A stretch of DNA of 64,000 nucleotides from Epiperipatus broadwayi (GCA_028023455.1 JAQFVV010000005.1:10478001-10542000); one strand, 5' to 3'; positions 25,512-40,548 are shown, counted from the stretch's first letter. A program made the numbers and translations. The notes: generated from the letters alone by a model not told the origin.

Positions 25512-27249
25512 CTTCATTCATTGATCATACTAATTACATTTTTAAACATTTAAAAAACTATGGATCAACTCAGCAGATTCTGATGTTCTCTAAAAACTAT
25601 TTAACATCCGATATCATAACACCATCAGAAAACAAATTTAAACATGTGTAATCAGTATTGTAAGGTAAGACCATAACAGTGTAATTAAGATAGTTCAAGG
25701 GCAGGGTTTTCCTTGTAAAGCAGCAAAAAAAAAACTATTATTGGACTGGATTTTGAATTAATAAAAAAGTCACTAATTAAGAAAGCATTAACAGTCAAGA
25801 TGAATATTTTGAAAATTTTAAACATAATAGCTCCACTTTGTAAGACAATGTGAGTTTAGTTATAGTGGCATATTTTAATAATGTTAGATTATTTTTGGTA
25901 CTTATTTTTCTTATTGCTATACTTCTTAAAATTTATTTTTCCTTAGATAACTTCTAGTGCTTTAATCCATCTTTCTTTCAATCTTCATCAGTTTTCTCCA
26001 TTCCTTCCAATAAAATTTTAATATATTTGTATTACTGAAACTATTGTCTTGGTCAAAAATGATTTGTTATCTGTAAATAAATTAGTCAATTTCATCTGAT
26101 GTTTTTTTAATCACAAGGAAAACAGTTTTCATAAAGTCTTTTTTTTTTGATCTGCATTAATATCTCAATAAATGTGATTCCTGTAAATTTTCATCATACC
26201 TCATTAATGTTGCTGAAATTGGAGTTCTAATTAGTCAGAAATATTCTTTCCAAACTTATAATATTTTTTCTATGAATTAGGCTACAATTTATTTCCAACC
26301 ATTAAAAACTCATGTCTAAATTATTTAATTTTTACTTTACATATTTCTTTACTTATACTTTGGATTCTGTTTCATCATGGTTAAATAAAACTATAAATTA
26401 TTTGTTTCTAGTTCTTTCCTTAGAAAACTTACAGTGAGTAAAGAATACAAATGATTTACTTGTATCTATGTATATTACTTTTAATACATGTGAAGTTTTA
26501 TAAATATTTCATGCACTCATTTTATGAATGAAAAATATGATTAATACTTTATTTTTTTGATTACATAATCTATCAGGTATAAATCATCAATAAAAAGTTA
26601 CTTGTTTGACATTAGATTTATATCATCATATTTAAAAATACTAGATCTCTTTAAATAAATTCAATTATTTAAAGAATATTATAACATATAATAAAGGTTA
26701 ATCTAGTTAATCATTACCAAAACTTCTCCTAAAGTAACATGACAATGAAATGGTGGTACACATTCATTTATTGTTATTCAAATTTTATTTTGATAGAATT
26801 AATGTCCTTAATCATTACCACAAATATAAATATTATTAATTATTCTTTCTTCCAAAATACCTACTTATAAATCACATTCTAGGCTGAGAATTGTCTATTA
26901 ACTTTTTCTTCAATAATTCTTTATATATTTTTGTTGCTGTTATTATTACTATTTATGTCTTATTCCCAGATCATTGCACAATGGCCTGTATAACTGTGCT
27001 TTCATACTCCTTTGCAAGTAATCTGCTGTGCATAACACCCAAAGATCCATGCTACAGTACATTTATGTATATTTAATTTAAATGACTATCTGCAATAAAT
27101 CAATAAACTGAGCTAAACTATATAACAGTTTTCAGCCACAAGAGTAGCTCAAACTAGCAAAAAAATGACAGAAATAATTATCTAGCCTACAGAGATTTTA
27201 CAAAATCTCAACTGAAGGAATATTCAATAGAAGTGTTACCATCCTTCAA

Positions 27250-29200
27250 TATTTATGCACAATAATCAATACATGGGTAAAATGATATGGTGTGTATGCA
27301 TCCATAACTGCTCATTTCCCAACAGACATTGATTTGTGCAATGCATCATGACTTCACCTTTACTCATTTCCAAGATAAACATATAAATTGGCATATTATT
27401 TTATATTTCATTAGATAAGTATTTCTATCATGATATTTCTTTATTATCCATAAGGAGTAAAATAGGGCAATTTTTACACTTCATCAACAATTATATATAT
27501 ATATATCAAGGTTTATTTTCTTCATATGCTAATATTTTAATTAAATTCAGAATTGTAATTTTTGTTGATGTTTCACTAAATTTGCCTTGTTTTATAATTG
27601 CCACTTTCACTTTTAGCAAGCTAGGATTTTTTCAATCCTGCACTGAACATATTTAAATTTGATTGACATCTTTGCTGCTGTTGTATACTTTGTTTATTTT
27701 TCAAAAGATGAATTATTTCCTATAATTCATTTTATACTAAATATATTTGTCAGGTTTTTTTCTAAAAATTTTTTTTACCGTTTAATAGATCCACTTTTTT
27801 TCAAAAGTGTACCTTGCATTACCTATATAATGACCAATCCATGCATCTGTTTAAGTACTTAAACGTCATCTATCTTTCTTGATATCATTGCTTATTTATT
27901 TACTCTTATCTGATTTGCTATCCATTTTTGACTCTATCCACCAATCCTAGTATTTAGATCACTCTGGTAATCAGGAATAATCAGTTGCATTGGGCTTTGG
28001 AAACTTTATAATCAGTATATAATTAAACTTTGTTTTGGACTCCCAAACAATGTTTTCCATCCCTTTCTCTCCTTTCCTGAAATGGATATAAATGTGATTT
28101 TCTCTCATATACTTTAACAATGATAACATATACTGGTTCTCTAGCCTTATTTGGAAGCTTAGTTTGCTGATTTAAACATCTTTATGGTAGAAGCATTCAG
28201 ATGGTTGGTTGTTCAAATCCAATGTATTCAGGAAGTCAGTTACCTGTTTAATGATTGACCAATCAATGCCAAAGATGATCTATTCACCTTTAAGAGATGT
28301 ACTCTTTCTAAGTTTTTATTAACTGAATGTTTTTTCTCAAATGATGAGCAGTTATAATCTTTCAATTTGGCACTTGTCTTGTGAAAGTAGTATATGTCTC
28401 AATATAATGCTCTCTTGATATTCCTTCATCCAATAACTACCTAATAATACCTCTTTGTAATTTTGAAATTGGGATTAATGAACTGAGAATCCCACCAGGT
28501 TTGAGATATTCTTTGTACGTGGCTACAAAGTATAACTAACTTACTTTCTTTCAACCTTGGATTTAATTGAAATATTTTTACAGGCTACCAAAATACTCTA
28601 TGATGCTTCATCAGATTGGCCTTTACATGATCTAATTTTAAGAAATCGGTCAACTGTGATATGCAATAAAGTCAATCCTCTTTTGACATGATTTTTTAAA
28701 ATTCAGATTTCTTTTTTCTCTATAGAATATTCCACTTTTTACATTTTATTTCCCAATTTACAATATTAAAACTTGTTTATGTTTTGCTTTTTTCAATTTC
28801 CTTATAATCTGTTTATTTTTTCCAGTCACTAAGTGATTTCTTCATATTTTTTGGCTGATAATTTTTATGTTTTTTTATTTCCATGGTAGTTTCTTGTTGA
28901 AATTTCCTAACTAACTCGTTCTTTAATTTACCCATCTTCAAATTGTAGTTCATTTAATTTTCTTATTTTTTCTATGTTCTCCAGAACATTTAATATAATT
29001 CATGTTTCTTTATACTCTGATATATTTTTAATATAACTTCTGTTTTCTTTGTTGTTCTGTTCATTTTATTGCTGTAATATTTGGTTTTAAATCTTAAACT
29101 TTTCAAACTTTTTTTCTGTTCTATTTGCCTCTTTATATATTTTCCCATTATTTGAATAAAATTTTCTTCCCAATTTTTGGTCAAACCTTCTAATATAGAT
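27250..29200 (-). pseudogene. Highly decayed L1-like ORF2 remnant
   Basis: Hand translation gives IVWESKTK..LIIKFPKP...LPE near 28050-27960 and RIDFI near 28680; many stops; boundaries uncertain. Confidence 0.35.
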
Positions 29201-31869
29201 TGATTTTTTGTTTTTATTTATTTCAATATAGTTACCATTGCTTGTTGATTTCTCTCAATCAGGTGTTAATATTCTTTGGATTTATAACATTTCCATCCTT
29301 TTCTTATTGTGTTTTTTATATCTTTTTTTATATCTTCATTTTTTTTCTTTGCTTTCATTTAAAATTTTTCTCAGTTTTTTTTATATTTTCATTTAACATT
29401 ATCCATTAAGTTTATAATTATATCCATGCCATTATTTTTCTTGCCATGTTGTTCTGCTCTACATTTTGTGGACAGATAGCACTTGGTAATGTCTGGTCCT
29501 TTTATTTCATTTATTAATTATTCTTTTTTTACTTTTTCTTTTCCCATCATTTTCCTAATCCTAGATCACATAAACATTGACTATTGTTGCTTGTTTTCAA
29601 CATGTTTTCACCAATAGTAAAATTACTACTATAAATATATGTTACATATTATTGTCACTGAATAGTGTACCAGTTTCACCATCATAATACTCTTCATCAA
29701 GATCAAAAATATGCCTATATTCATTGACTTTCTTCCTAACTTTATTTCATCATCACTCAAAACAAAATGTTGTTGCTCATCTACAAATTAGGTTTCTTTA
29801 ATTTGACTGTCAATATATTGATTTATTACTCTCATTAATTTATTACATTTTTATCTTCATATTTAGTATTGATCTTAAAGTCTCACATGAAACTCCATAT
29901 ATATGACTGTTTAATATGCAACTATATTACTATCATGTTTTATTTACGAACACTTCTTATATGCAGTTTTAATGAAGATGGTAATTATGCTTCTTCTCAA
30001 AAGTCATGCATTTGCATACAGATAAATACCCATGGTGTATAAGCAAATTATGTTACGATTAATATAAAAAATCATCAGTTTAACAAAGTCTAATTGAAAT
30101 TTGAGTTTGATTAAGTATAGCTAGAATTGATATTGATGATAATGATCAAACCCCACTTGTATAATAATTTTATATAAAATATCTTAGTCATATTTTCTGA
30201 TCATCATGTGCCAAAGCATCCCTCAGAGGGTCACATTACTGTTCATCCATAAGTAGGTATTTATTTTTTATAGATGGGATTTGTGTTCACTAATCCTAAT
30301 TTAGAATGTGACTTTATCAGAAAATAACACCTGTACATGTAATTTTCTCTCAAAGCACTATCACAGTTTCTCCAATAGCAATTCAATTTTTTCTTCAACA
30401 TAAACCATGACTTTTAAAAGTCTATCATGGATTGCCATGTAACATTTGAAATAAGACTAATGAAGCAATAATGGCAAAAACAATTTAATAATTTAAATAA
30501 TAATAAAATTAATTTATTTCAGATAATCTTGATTGATATACATTGAGAATACAGATTTCTATGTCACTAAAATAAAAAATTCTGACAAGTTTTTTTTTTT
30601 TTTTGAGCTTCTGACTCTTTCTGAAACTTTTCTTTCCAGCATATTTGTAAATATAATAAAATCCTAACTATAAAAATTAATGAAGATTAAATATAAGTAC
30701 TTATTTACATATATCTATCAATTTACTTTACACTAGTAATATTCATTTATAAAAAAGAAAACATAAATAATACATATACATAATTATATTAATAAAATTT
30801 TATAAAATCAGTATCTATGGTTAATTCAAGTTGGCTTTTTGATTGTGAAAGTAATTATATCTTCTGTTTAAAATGGAAGACTATATAACTTCAGATAATG
30901 AGAAATGTTACCTTTTAGGCAAAAAATATATATTTTATATCTTTCACAATTTCTGGACTTATTATAGGCATTTTTCATTGTTGAAAGAGTTTTTTCATTT
31001 TGGATCCAGCTGGTGAATATTTGTTAGCTTAAAACAGCATTTTCAAGATTTTTACTGCATAGAATTTCACCATTTTAGCTATGTCTCACATTCTTGGAAG
31101 ATAAAAAATGATCACAAAACTAGTGCAGCAAGAGTACTGCTAGAATTGGATGTTTTACATTGCAATGAACTCCTTAATTTTATCTGCTACAATACTCATG
31201 ATGTGCATTTTAGCTTTTCACAGACATCAACTTCTTTTTTCTCTTTTCCTGTTAACTTCCCATCCTCCTCAGCTTGTTTTTGTTGCTATTTTGTAATTAT
31301 TTTTAATGCATTAGTTTTTTTGTGCTATTATTTTTTTGTTCTAATAATTACCATTAATCAATTGTTTTTTTTATCTTGGTTTTTATTACTTTTTAAAATT
31401 AAATCTTATTAATGACATTCAATTAATCCTTTTTCAATTGAATTTAACATTAATCAACTTACTAAATGGATTTACACACATGTAAATTTATATATATAAT
31501 TCATTTCCAGTTTTTAAAACCTCCGATTAAATTATTTAATTTTTACTTTATATATTTTTTATTTATACATTTGTATTCTTCTTCACAAGATCTATTTTTA
31601 TTTATACAGTTGTATTCTTCTTCATAAGATCTATAGAAAAGTATAAATTGTTTGTTTCCAATCCACATCTCATGCAAAATTTTATAAATACTTCACACAA
31701 ACATTTTATGAATAAAAATATGATAATTATTTTATTTAAATTATATAATTAGTTGTGCATAAGTTATCAATCAAAATAATCTCACTTTTCAGTAATTTTG
31801 TTTCATAGCATCCTTCATAAAACTTTATTCACATTTTTGGCCTTTATACTGGTAATCTTGATTGATTAA

Positions 31870-32732
31870 AAATGCATTTCCATAATTGTAGCATTTCCAA
31901 TTTTGCTACTTGCACTTATTTGCAATATGATGTATTGCTGTACAATAGTAGCAGGTTATCTTCTTTGGTAAAAGGTTTTTTTTTTAGCCTATAGTTTTAT
32001 AAATTGTTTCTTACTTGTAATCCAATCCTTGAAGCTTTTTAGCTTGCTCTAAGGCTACTTTATAGGTTATTCTGTACATAATAGCTTCACTGCATGTCAA
32101 ATCTTTTATGGCTAGCAGCTGATGACATAATTGGACATTTACCAATCCAGATAATAACTGTTCACAGATATCTTCCTTTAAAAAATTGCAATAAAAGTGG
32201 GGCTTTTTCATGTCTTAAAGGGCAAAATTTTTAACTCTCTCAAATCCTAGTTTGAGAGCTATTTCTGAAATGTAGTAAGTAATATATCTAGGTGGCATTT
32301 CTATAATTTACTGCCCAACAAAAGAGAGCAATGTGGCTATTTTAATAGCAGCATCACTAGTATCATTAATCACACACAAAAAAATAATTCCAGCTACTAC
32401 TTATAAGGGCCAATCTATTGATTTCTCAATGTGGAATTTGCAAATTGCCAACCTGTGGTATTGACACTATTCTACCATCTCTCCTGATGAACCAACTACA
32501 CCAATCTGCTGTTTTCACACATGGTGCAATTGGATCAAAATGAATGTGAAAAAGACAGGGGTGGACTTAATTAAATACTTTAATAGACTCTATATACAAT
32601 TTTACACATAAATATTATAAAAGCCTTAAGATATACATGAAAATAAAAATAAGATTGGGACGACTTGTACAATTAAATCTAGTCCTGCTTTAGAACTTAA
32701 TGAGGTATGAGTCTCTAAGTACACCTGTTACA
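31870..32732 (-). mobile_element. Ty3/Gypsy remnant: putative 5' LTR plus gag fragment
   Basis: ORF 32011-32211 (CNF.KEDICEQLLSGL...LLAIKDLT..EAI) resembles Gypsy gag; FDP...W..W upstream; TGTAACA...TTTCACA segment at 32732-32545. Confidence 0.55.
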
Positions 32733-34475
32733 TTAAGAGTCAGAATATGAGAATTACTTAGTTGGAGTTTATATCTCCTATAGTTTTGTGGAATAAAATG
32801 ATACCTATTATTCTTTAATCTGGTATGACTTATGTGATCCCTGATTATATGTGGTCTAGTTTTCAATACTACAATTTACAGAATATACTAATTACAGAAT
32901 TACTTAGTCGCTGATTAGAAATTATCAATACATATCTCGATAATAAAATTATTCGCGCATGTTACATTCTTTCTAAAACAGAATACAAAGCATCTCTTTT
33001 ATTTGCTAAGTACAGGAATATATGGCTATTATCTTAAAGTAATTTTGTACAAAATCAATTTAAATATAATTTTTCTTCCATTTATGCATACATACCCATA
33101 TAACGTATTTTACATCTATAAATGTACAGACTTTTTATTCAATTTAATATATATAAAGGCTTAGTCCGTTTTGCTTTTAGGTTACGTTATAACATGACAA
33201 CCTACATCTTCATCGTTCATAAAACGCGTATTTTCTATCATGAATAATAAATGGAGTGATGTAAGAAATAGGCGTTCCACATGAACTTTTTAAAAAGTTA
33301 CAATGAATGGTGGAGAAATATCCAAAGAATGATAAAACAATATGCTCAGACATAATAAATGAACAATATATATATTTTATTGTTAATTGTCATTTATTCG
33401 AAATAAATTATAATTCATTATTAATATATTTAATTTTCTTTTATTAATCTCTTTTTTTTTTGTTTTTGTTCTATGTCGGCATCTCAACATGTGACCATTC
33501 TTTATGATTCTAAGTAAATAAAAAACAATTGTAATCATATTAACGAATACAGTAATGTAAAAACTTAAATACGCAATAGAGGTCGCAACATGTTCTTTTC
33601 ATAGTGGCTACTTAAACATCTCTTTTAACGTTAACTAACATGACATAATTAAAACATAGACTCCTGTTTTGATTTAGGTATGTTAAAAAGTACGATATTT
33701 ATTAAACTTATTATCAAATTATAAATTAAGATTAAATAAAATACATGTTTATATAATTATTTATTTATAATATTTTGAATGAGTATTTTAAATAAATTAT
33801 AATGTTCCGTTGAGCTTTGCCTTTTAATGATTTAATTGATTTTATTATTATGCACTGTCTAGTGTATATATACAAATAGTTATTGCTCATGCCTTTAAAG
33901 TATAAGTTACATTTACATTGTGAGATTAACTCAATAGAGAACTATATACAATGAAAAATATATCTGATTTGAAGTAAATATTAATCATAAGAATTAATGC
34001 GATTTAATTAATTGGGAAATTAATTATAATAAAAGAAAAAATAATATTAATAACTTAGTCCCATTAAAATAATCGTAACAAATTAATTACTTTAATAGTG
34101 TTTGAAAAATAATATCGAAAGACCGTATAATAACGATATAAAATATTCAAATGCCTTTTGCAGAAATTTGTCAGTTAAAGATTTTCGTTGCTGAAGCGGC
34201 TGTACTAGAAGATAAAAGCCTGAAATCGACCGAAGAAAATTCAGTCAAAGAAACTCGAACTCCAAGCGATCTCCGAAATTATTAAATGTGTCCTAGATTT
34301 TTTTAAAAGTTGTATCGAATTTCTCATTTTTGCACTTGTAAGTATAATTTTTAACGACTTAAGTGGAACTATGCCAAAATAATTATTGATTAGAAAATGA
34401 CATGTATTATATTAATTTTTTCATTGCTAATTCATACGAATGATTCTAGTTAGTAATTCCCGGTGTGGTATCATT

Positions 34476-34815
34476 ATTATTCTTTAATCAAAATTACCCC
34501 AAATCAAAAACTCAACTAAACTAGCCAAAAAAAAAATCTACAACACAACCAAGTGTAAGGAATTACAAAAGAACAACATATTTATATTAAACATGACTCA
34601 CAATTCCATTTACCTCCCATCCACCCTAATATTAAAAGAAATGTTGTTGTTTTATAGTTCTTTACTCCGGAGAAGTCTGCTTGTAGCAGTGAAATGCTTG
34701 TAGCAGTGAAACCATTGATTGTGTTGTAGATTTTATTTTTTTGGCTAGTTTGGTTGACTTTTGGATTTGTGATAATTTTGATTATTTATTGACTAGTTTG
34801 GCTTTATGCTTTTAG
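34476..34815. mobile_element. Small fold-back remnant of the 52.8 kb Penelope family 3' end
   Basis: 34490-34625 matches 52850-53040; inverted arms at about 34480-34550 and 34715-34785; decayed hammerhead with a 17-bp internal duplication at 34678-34711. Confidence 0.7.
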
Positions 34816-35217
34816 TATTTATTATTCTTTATATGTTATATCTATGCTGAAACCACACACCACTGAATAAGAACATAAAGGTTTCAAACTTTTAATGCTA
34901 GAATAAATTTATTTTAACACTTTCATTGAGATTGTATTTTGGGGTTTTTTTACATAACAATCCATGTTTATTTTTGTATTTTCTTGACTAATTATTTTTA
35001 AACTTTTAGCTTTAGTTGATAAAGGTAACAGTTATTTACACACACACACATATATGAGCTATGTGTGTCTTACTCACTTAAAAAAAAGTGAAATGAATAT
35101 TTAAAAATGCATCTTCTAGGCTGATGGATCATTGCAATATGATTGAGCTAAGGTGAAAGATGCACTGATAAGAACAAAATCGGTCCTAAAAAATTGTTAT
35201 ATATATATTATATAGAG

Positions 35218-35700
35218 CAGGGGTGTCCAACAAGTCGATCGTGATCCACCAGTCGATCACAAAGTCAATTTTGGTCGATTGTGAGGCCGATCTGGCAATA
35301 GCTGTCGGGTAACGAGTGAAACAAAATAAGTCAAGATTTTCAAGTTTTTTTGTTATTTTTGTTCTAAATTTTTTTTCAATTCTAGATAGGTGAAGTCCAC
35401 TAAGTCATATCATTATTGAAAATAATATTTTTAATCTTGAGTTAAGGTAGCTAATTTGAATTAATAAATATTGTTAATAATTACTCATCACTTTAATTCC
35501 CCCCGGACATGAGTTTTTGGCCTGTTAAATAATTGTTATTTTTTACTAGGTAGATATATAAAAATAGTATGTATTTCACATCTCCCTCCACTTAGACTGT
35601 GCCTATGACAACAAGTCAATCACCTTTGACAATAAGTCGATCACAGCACATTTTTAAAATAAAAAGTAGATCTTATGAACACAAAAATTGGCCACCCCTG
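35218..35700. mobile_element. hAT-type MITE
   Basis: TIRs CAGGGGTGTCCAAC and ATTGGCCACCCCTG; 8-bp TSD atatagag/ttatagag (7/8). Confidence 0.85.
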
Positions 35701-37462
35701 TTATAGAGAATAACATTAGTTAATTGATATTCATGGCTAATTAATAAACATATGACCAATATGAATATCTAATTGACTAATTATCACATTGCACAATTTC
35801 TCCTTTCACATTATTATTAAAGACAATGAAACTTCTGAGGAAAGAAAAATTAAGTCTCAGACAAACGAGAGATGTTTTGTTATATTATATATTGCATTTA
35901 TTACTGGTAATCTTAATGATATATTTGTATTACAAAACTGTTTTATAAAACAAAGATAATAGAAATCTGCAATAGGTGAATATATTCATTTCGTTATTAT
36001 TAATCTTAACGATATTTATGTGTTGTAATTGTTCATGTAAATAATTGTAAATATTTTATATATTAAATTATTATTATCAAGCAAACTGATCTATAGTGTC
36101 AAATTAATAGTATTTGCCTGAACTGCAATAATATTCAGCCAAGTTTGAACAAAACAAAAGCTTTGGAAAAAAAGCTGACATTTTGTATTTGAATAAGGTG
36201 TAATAAACATGGAGAGTTTTTTTGTGTGGATAAAGACTTTTGTAAATAGTGTAAAATAGATAGAATTATTACAAAAATAGCGTTTACTTACACTAATTAG
36301 AATGTTTCTTTTTTTAAATGATATGTAAATATCTTAAACAATAATTATCATCATATTGAATTTGATGCTACATGTGTCTTGCTTTGAACCACTAGTCTTT
36401 ATAAAAGTATCTTATTGCTAAACTCTTAAGTTTTATATATAAAGTGGATGTTCTATATTTCAGTTTCACTTAGTAACGAAAAAACTAGATTTGTGGTGTT
36501 GATTTTGTAGCTTGCGTTTTCTACTTTTATGCTTCCGTCTATGATTTTTATAATTTTTTAACAGTTTGTTTGTATTATGACTTTCAATTGCATTTTCTAT
36601 ATATGGACTATTTTAAATAATTTTTCAGAAAGTATAGTTTTTCTAAATGCTTGTTTTAGAATTGAATTGTATTTTTTCTGTTGTTACATATTTAAAGTGA
36701 ATATAGTTTTTTGTTTTCTGAGTGATGAGTTTTTATAAATAAGTTATGAGCTTCTTTGACTTCAATTTACTAAATAAAGTGAAGTATGGTTGTTAAAATA
36801 TGAATTTTTGTAAACAGCTATAGTGGGTGGATTCAATAAATATTTCTTTACGAAACTATTTAGAAAATCAGAAGAAAAAGTAGGATTTGCTATTTTCAAA
36901 GATCTGAGATTAATAAATATTCATGGCCTATGTTTTTGTGATATCTGGGTGTAAAGGTTATTATATTTTACATAAATCACTTGTTAGTGTTAATGTATCT
37001 GATATAAAAGTGAAAAATGATGGATGATAATTAATTTAAGTAATGAATAGGAAGGGCAGTGCTTTTTTTTTTTTTTACATAATTATTGTTTCACTTCAGC
37101 ATACAGTTCTAATATGAGGTTGGAAGTATAAGCCATGTTCTCAAAAATTGCACTGTATTCACCAAGAAATGTGAAGGAGATATATTGGTAGATGTTTTCT
37201 TCTCACTAAAATAACTATTTGTTATACAACTATGAAAATGAAGAATGAAATAATTGCAAATACTTTAACAATTCATGCTTTAATATATGGCTTAATTTTA
37301 AAATTGCTACCTGTAATCTTAGTTTCAGTCTCATATACATATGTAGTTGATAAACAGAGCAAAACTCTCCATACAGTATTGCCACCTGTGCTAAACAGAG
37401 TAATCAATGGATGCCAGAAGACTTGTGCATAAAATCCCTATCTAATGCCTACTCATCCAATA

Positions 37463-37504
37463 TCCCCAGACTAGTTTCTGGCTTGGGGCCTTCATCAGTG
37501 AGGA
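37463..37504 (-). ncRNA. Minimal type-I hammerhead ribozyme
   Basis: UCCUCA-CUGAUGA-AGGC(CCCAA)GCCA-GAAA-CUAG-UC/UGGGGA; palindromic ACUAGU stem III; A.A at the base of stem II. Confidence 0.72.
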
Positions 37505-37918
37505 GCTTTGGATCTGAGAGCACTGCATCTAGATCTTAGGATCTAATGCAACCCTCTAGCAACCACCTTTTATCTCTATTTAACTACAAAACTATGAGAA
37601 TGAAATTGAAAACACAAAAAATATTTTCAATCTAATCTCAACAGCTTATATAGTCATATGGGTCTGAACTCAGTTCAGCACCCATACATTTTGGTGTCTT
37701 TGGCTCTTTTACAACCATAGCCACCACTATCCTATTAGGCAGGATTGGTATTAAACCATTAAGCATCACATGATCACATTTCCTGTACTAGCACATTAAT
37801 TGTTGATAAACAGAGCAAAACTCTCCATACAGTATTGCCACCTGTGCTAAACAGAGTAATCAATGGATGCCAGAAGGCTTGTGAATAAAATCCATATCTA
37901 ATGCCTACTCATCCAATA

Positions 37919-37960
37919 TCCCCAGACTAGTTTCTGGCTTGTGGCCTTCGTCAGTGAGGA
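37919..37960 (-). ncRNA. Minimal type-I hammerhead ribozyme
   Basis: UCCUCA-CUGACGA-AGGC(CACAA)GCCA-GAAA-CUAG-UC/UGGGGA. Confidence 0.72.
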
Positions 37961-40422
37961 GCTTTGGATCTGAGAGCACTGCATCTAGATCTTAGGATCT
38001 AATGCAACCCTCTAGCAACCATCTTTTATCTCGACTTAACTACAAAACTATGAGAATGAAATTGATTACTCTGTTTAGCACAAGTGACAATACTGTATGG
38101 AGAGTTTTGCTCTGTTTATCAACAATTAATGTGCTAGTATAGGAAATGTGATCATGTGATGCTTAATGGTTTAATACATATGTAGTCCAAGTCATCTCAT
38201 CACCTCTCATCTGATCAATCCAGATAAACCTGGCTTCTTACATTCTATCTAAGAATATTTAGATATCTATTTATTGACCACTATTTAAAGACGATTCTGT
38301 TGTGACTTGGAAAAGTTTTAAAGCTTGTCTGGTTATGGTCATGGCAAGCATGTATACTAATCACTATCTATTTTCATATAAAATATATTTATTAATGATT
38401 TAATAGAAAAATTATTTTAAATTATTGTTCAAATATTATTACTGTACACTAAAAGACATTCAAAGTACTTCATTAAACAAAGCAAGATTCAATGACTTTT
38501 AATTACAATAAACTGTGTTTTATAAAAACAAATACATTATTTCAACAATTCCAGATGTGATTAATAAAAAATTAGAAAAAGCAAATATTAATGACAGTTG
38601 TTATTAAAATAATATTTTTAAATTATTATTTCTTATGGAAATTCAATTATTATTAGGTATTATAGTTCAAAAAGAATAGGCTATTTAAACAGTAATCTTA
38701 GTAATTTTTTATTGATATTAAACATATTGTATTAGCTTCATAATTCATTATATTAGTAATAGTGATTTACTTTTTAGTCTATTCCAGGAATATCTATTCT
38801 AAGCTTGAGTAATCAGCATATATAAAAACTTGCACCACATCCAATTTCCTGAACTTGTTTCTGGCTCTTAATTTTTTTAGTGAGGGGCTTGAATTTTTAA
38901 TCCAGAAGTCACTTTTACTTTTTTTTAAAAATACTGTTCAAACTAATAATCTTAATTTATAAATATCTTAGACCCAAGCTTATGTGGCTTGCATAGTTAC
39001 ATGTCTGACACTAAGACAAAATAATTTTTTTTTAATAATTTTAATTTTATACCGACTTTAGGCACCACTGAATCATTATCAAAGTTGCCTTTGTGCAAAT
39101 CCAGGGTCTTGATTTAGAAAACCGCTATCATGAAATTAGTTGTGGAAATTTAATATAGCACTGCCATCTAGTCTGATGATTAATTATGCTTCCAATAGAT
39201 CATTCTGAAGTAATGTAAATATTGTAAATTATTATTGCACATGTTGAAAATAATACAAAGAAAATTATGTGATGTTTATTGGATATACATCATTCTTGCC
39301 AAAAAAAAATTACTTCTTTTAATTACTATGACTATGTATTAAAACAGACTTGTGAATATACCAATTTTATATAATGTCTGACAAGAAATACTATAGGAAA
39401 ACTTACATATATAGTAAAATTATAATTGTTTATTAGTAGAAATAAGTACTTAGTTGAAAATCCAAAGGTTACTAGTTGTTTTGATTTTTTTTTATTATTA
39501 TTTAAGTCATGAGAATACAAGTTGTTCCTGATTTTTTTTCTTTAGTATTTATAAACACTAAGTGGAGCACAGCAGGATACCGGCTGTTCTTTTTTTTCTC
39601 TCTCTTATCTCTAGTATTATTAAGATCAGGAATAAAATAATTAGTTAAAGTTAACTTTTTTATTTATTTTGTCACTATGTACTTAGCAAATATATATATA
39701 TTTCTTTTTTCACTTGATATTTTTAAATAACTTTTTTTCCACTTGATGTAAAAATTTGTATTTTTTTTTTTTTTTATGAATCATATTTTTTACAAATTTT
39801 ATCTAATATTTCATTCTTATTATATTCTCGTAGGATTATATAAAAAAATAAAACATCACTGAGATAAAAAAAGGAAATAAATGAAATTTGCAAAATAACA
39901 TATTAAAAATTCATCTATTAACAAAATTGATATATCTACTAATTTTTTCTTATGGTACATTAATACTACTATATGCATGTGTCCCTCTCTATGTAGATAG
40001 AGTGTGTATATATATGTGTGTGTATTGGAGGAAGAGTCTTTATTATAGACATTTGATTTGTTCCAGAAAAATTTCTGGGAGAGTGAATTAATGAATCAAT
40101 CAGTACTGTGAACAATGATACTATTGTATTTATTTTTATGTATGTATGCTTAATCATTATATAAGTATTAAAATTGTACTATACTATAAATATATTGTAT
40201 TTGAAAACAAATAGTGTAAATAAGTATAAAAGTAATAATCAGAAAATAATAAATTTTTACAACAGCTATATAAATATCAATTTTTTTTATATACATAAAA
40301 AGCCTTTTTCAGCATCTGATTTGATGCCCTTTTCAAATGTTAATAATCTATTACATTAACGAACTATCACAGACATAAAACTATCTAGGGTTCAGTAATG
40401 AAATTAAAACAACTAATACCAA

Positions 40423-40548
40423 TATAAATCATTAAAATAAATCAAAACCTGCATATAAATCCAGTGATTACAAAATAATTGACTATAAATCATTAAAATA
40501 AATCAAAACCTACATATAAATCCAGTAATTACAAAATAATTGACTATA
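40423..40548. repeat. Tandem duplication, 61-bp period
   Basis: tataaatcattaaaataaatcaaaacct...aattgac occurs twice with 2 mismatches. Confidence 0.85.

Larger units (their letters stand above)
37348..38173 (-). mobile_element. Retrozyme-like non-coding element, family 1: tandem hammerheads 456 nt apart plus an inverted arm
   Basis: 262-bp direct repeats at 37348-37609 and 37804-38065; inverted arms at 37749-37865 and 38061-38177; 13-bp direct repeat atacatatgtagt at 37335-37347 and 38174-38186. Confidence 0.82.

Noticed and set aside
36818-39190. Exon-like open frames (AIVGGFNKYFF... near 36820; AFVQIQGLDLENRY... near 39090)
   Set aside because: No consistent splice phase and no recognisable protein; cannot be supported without RNA data.
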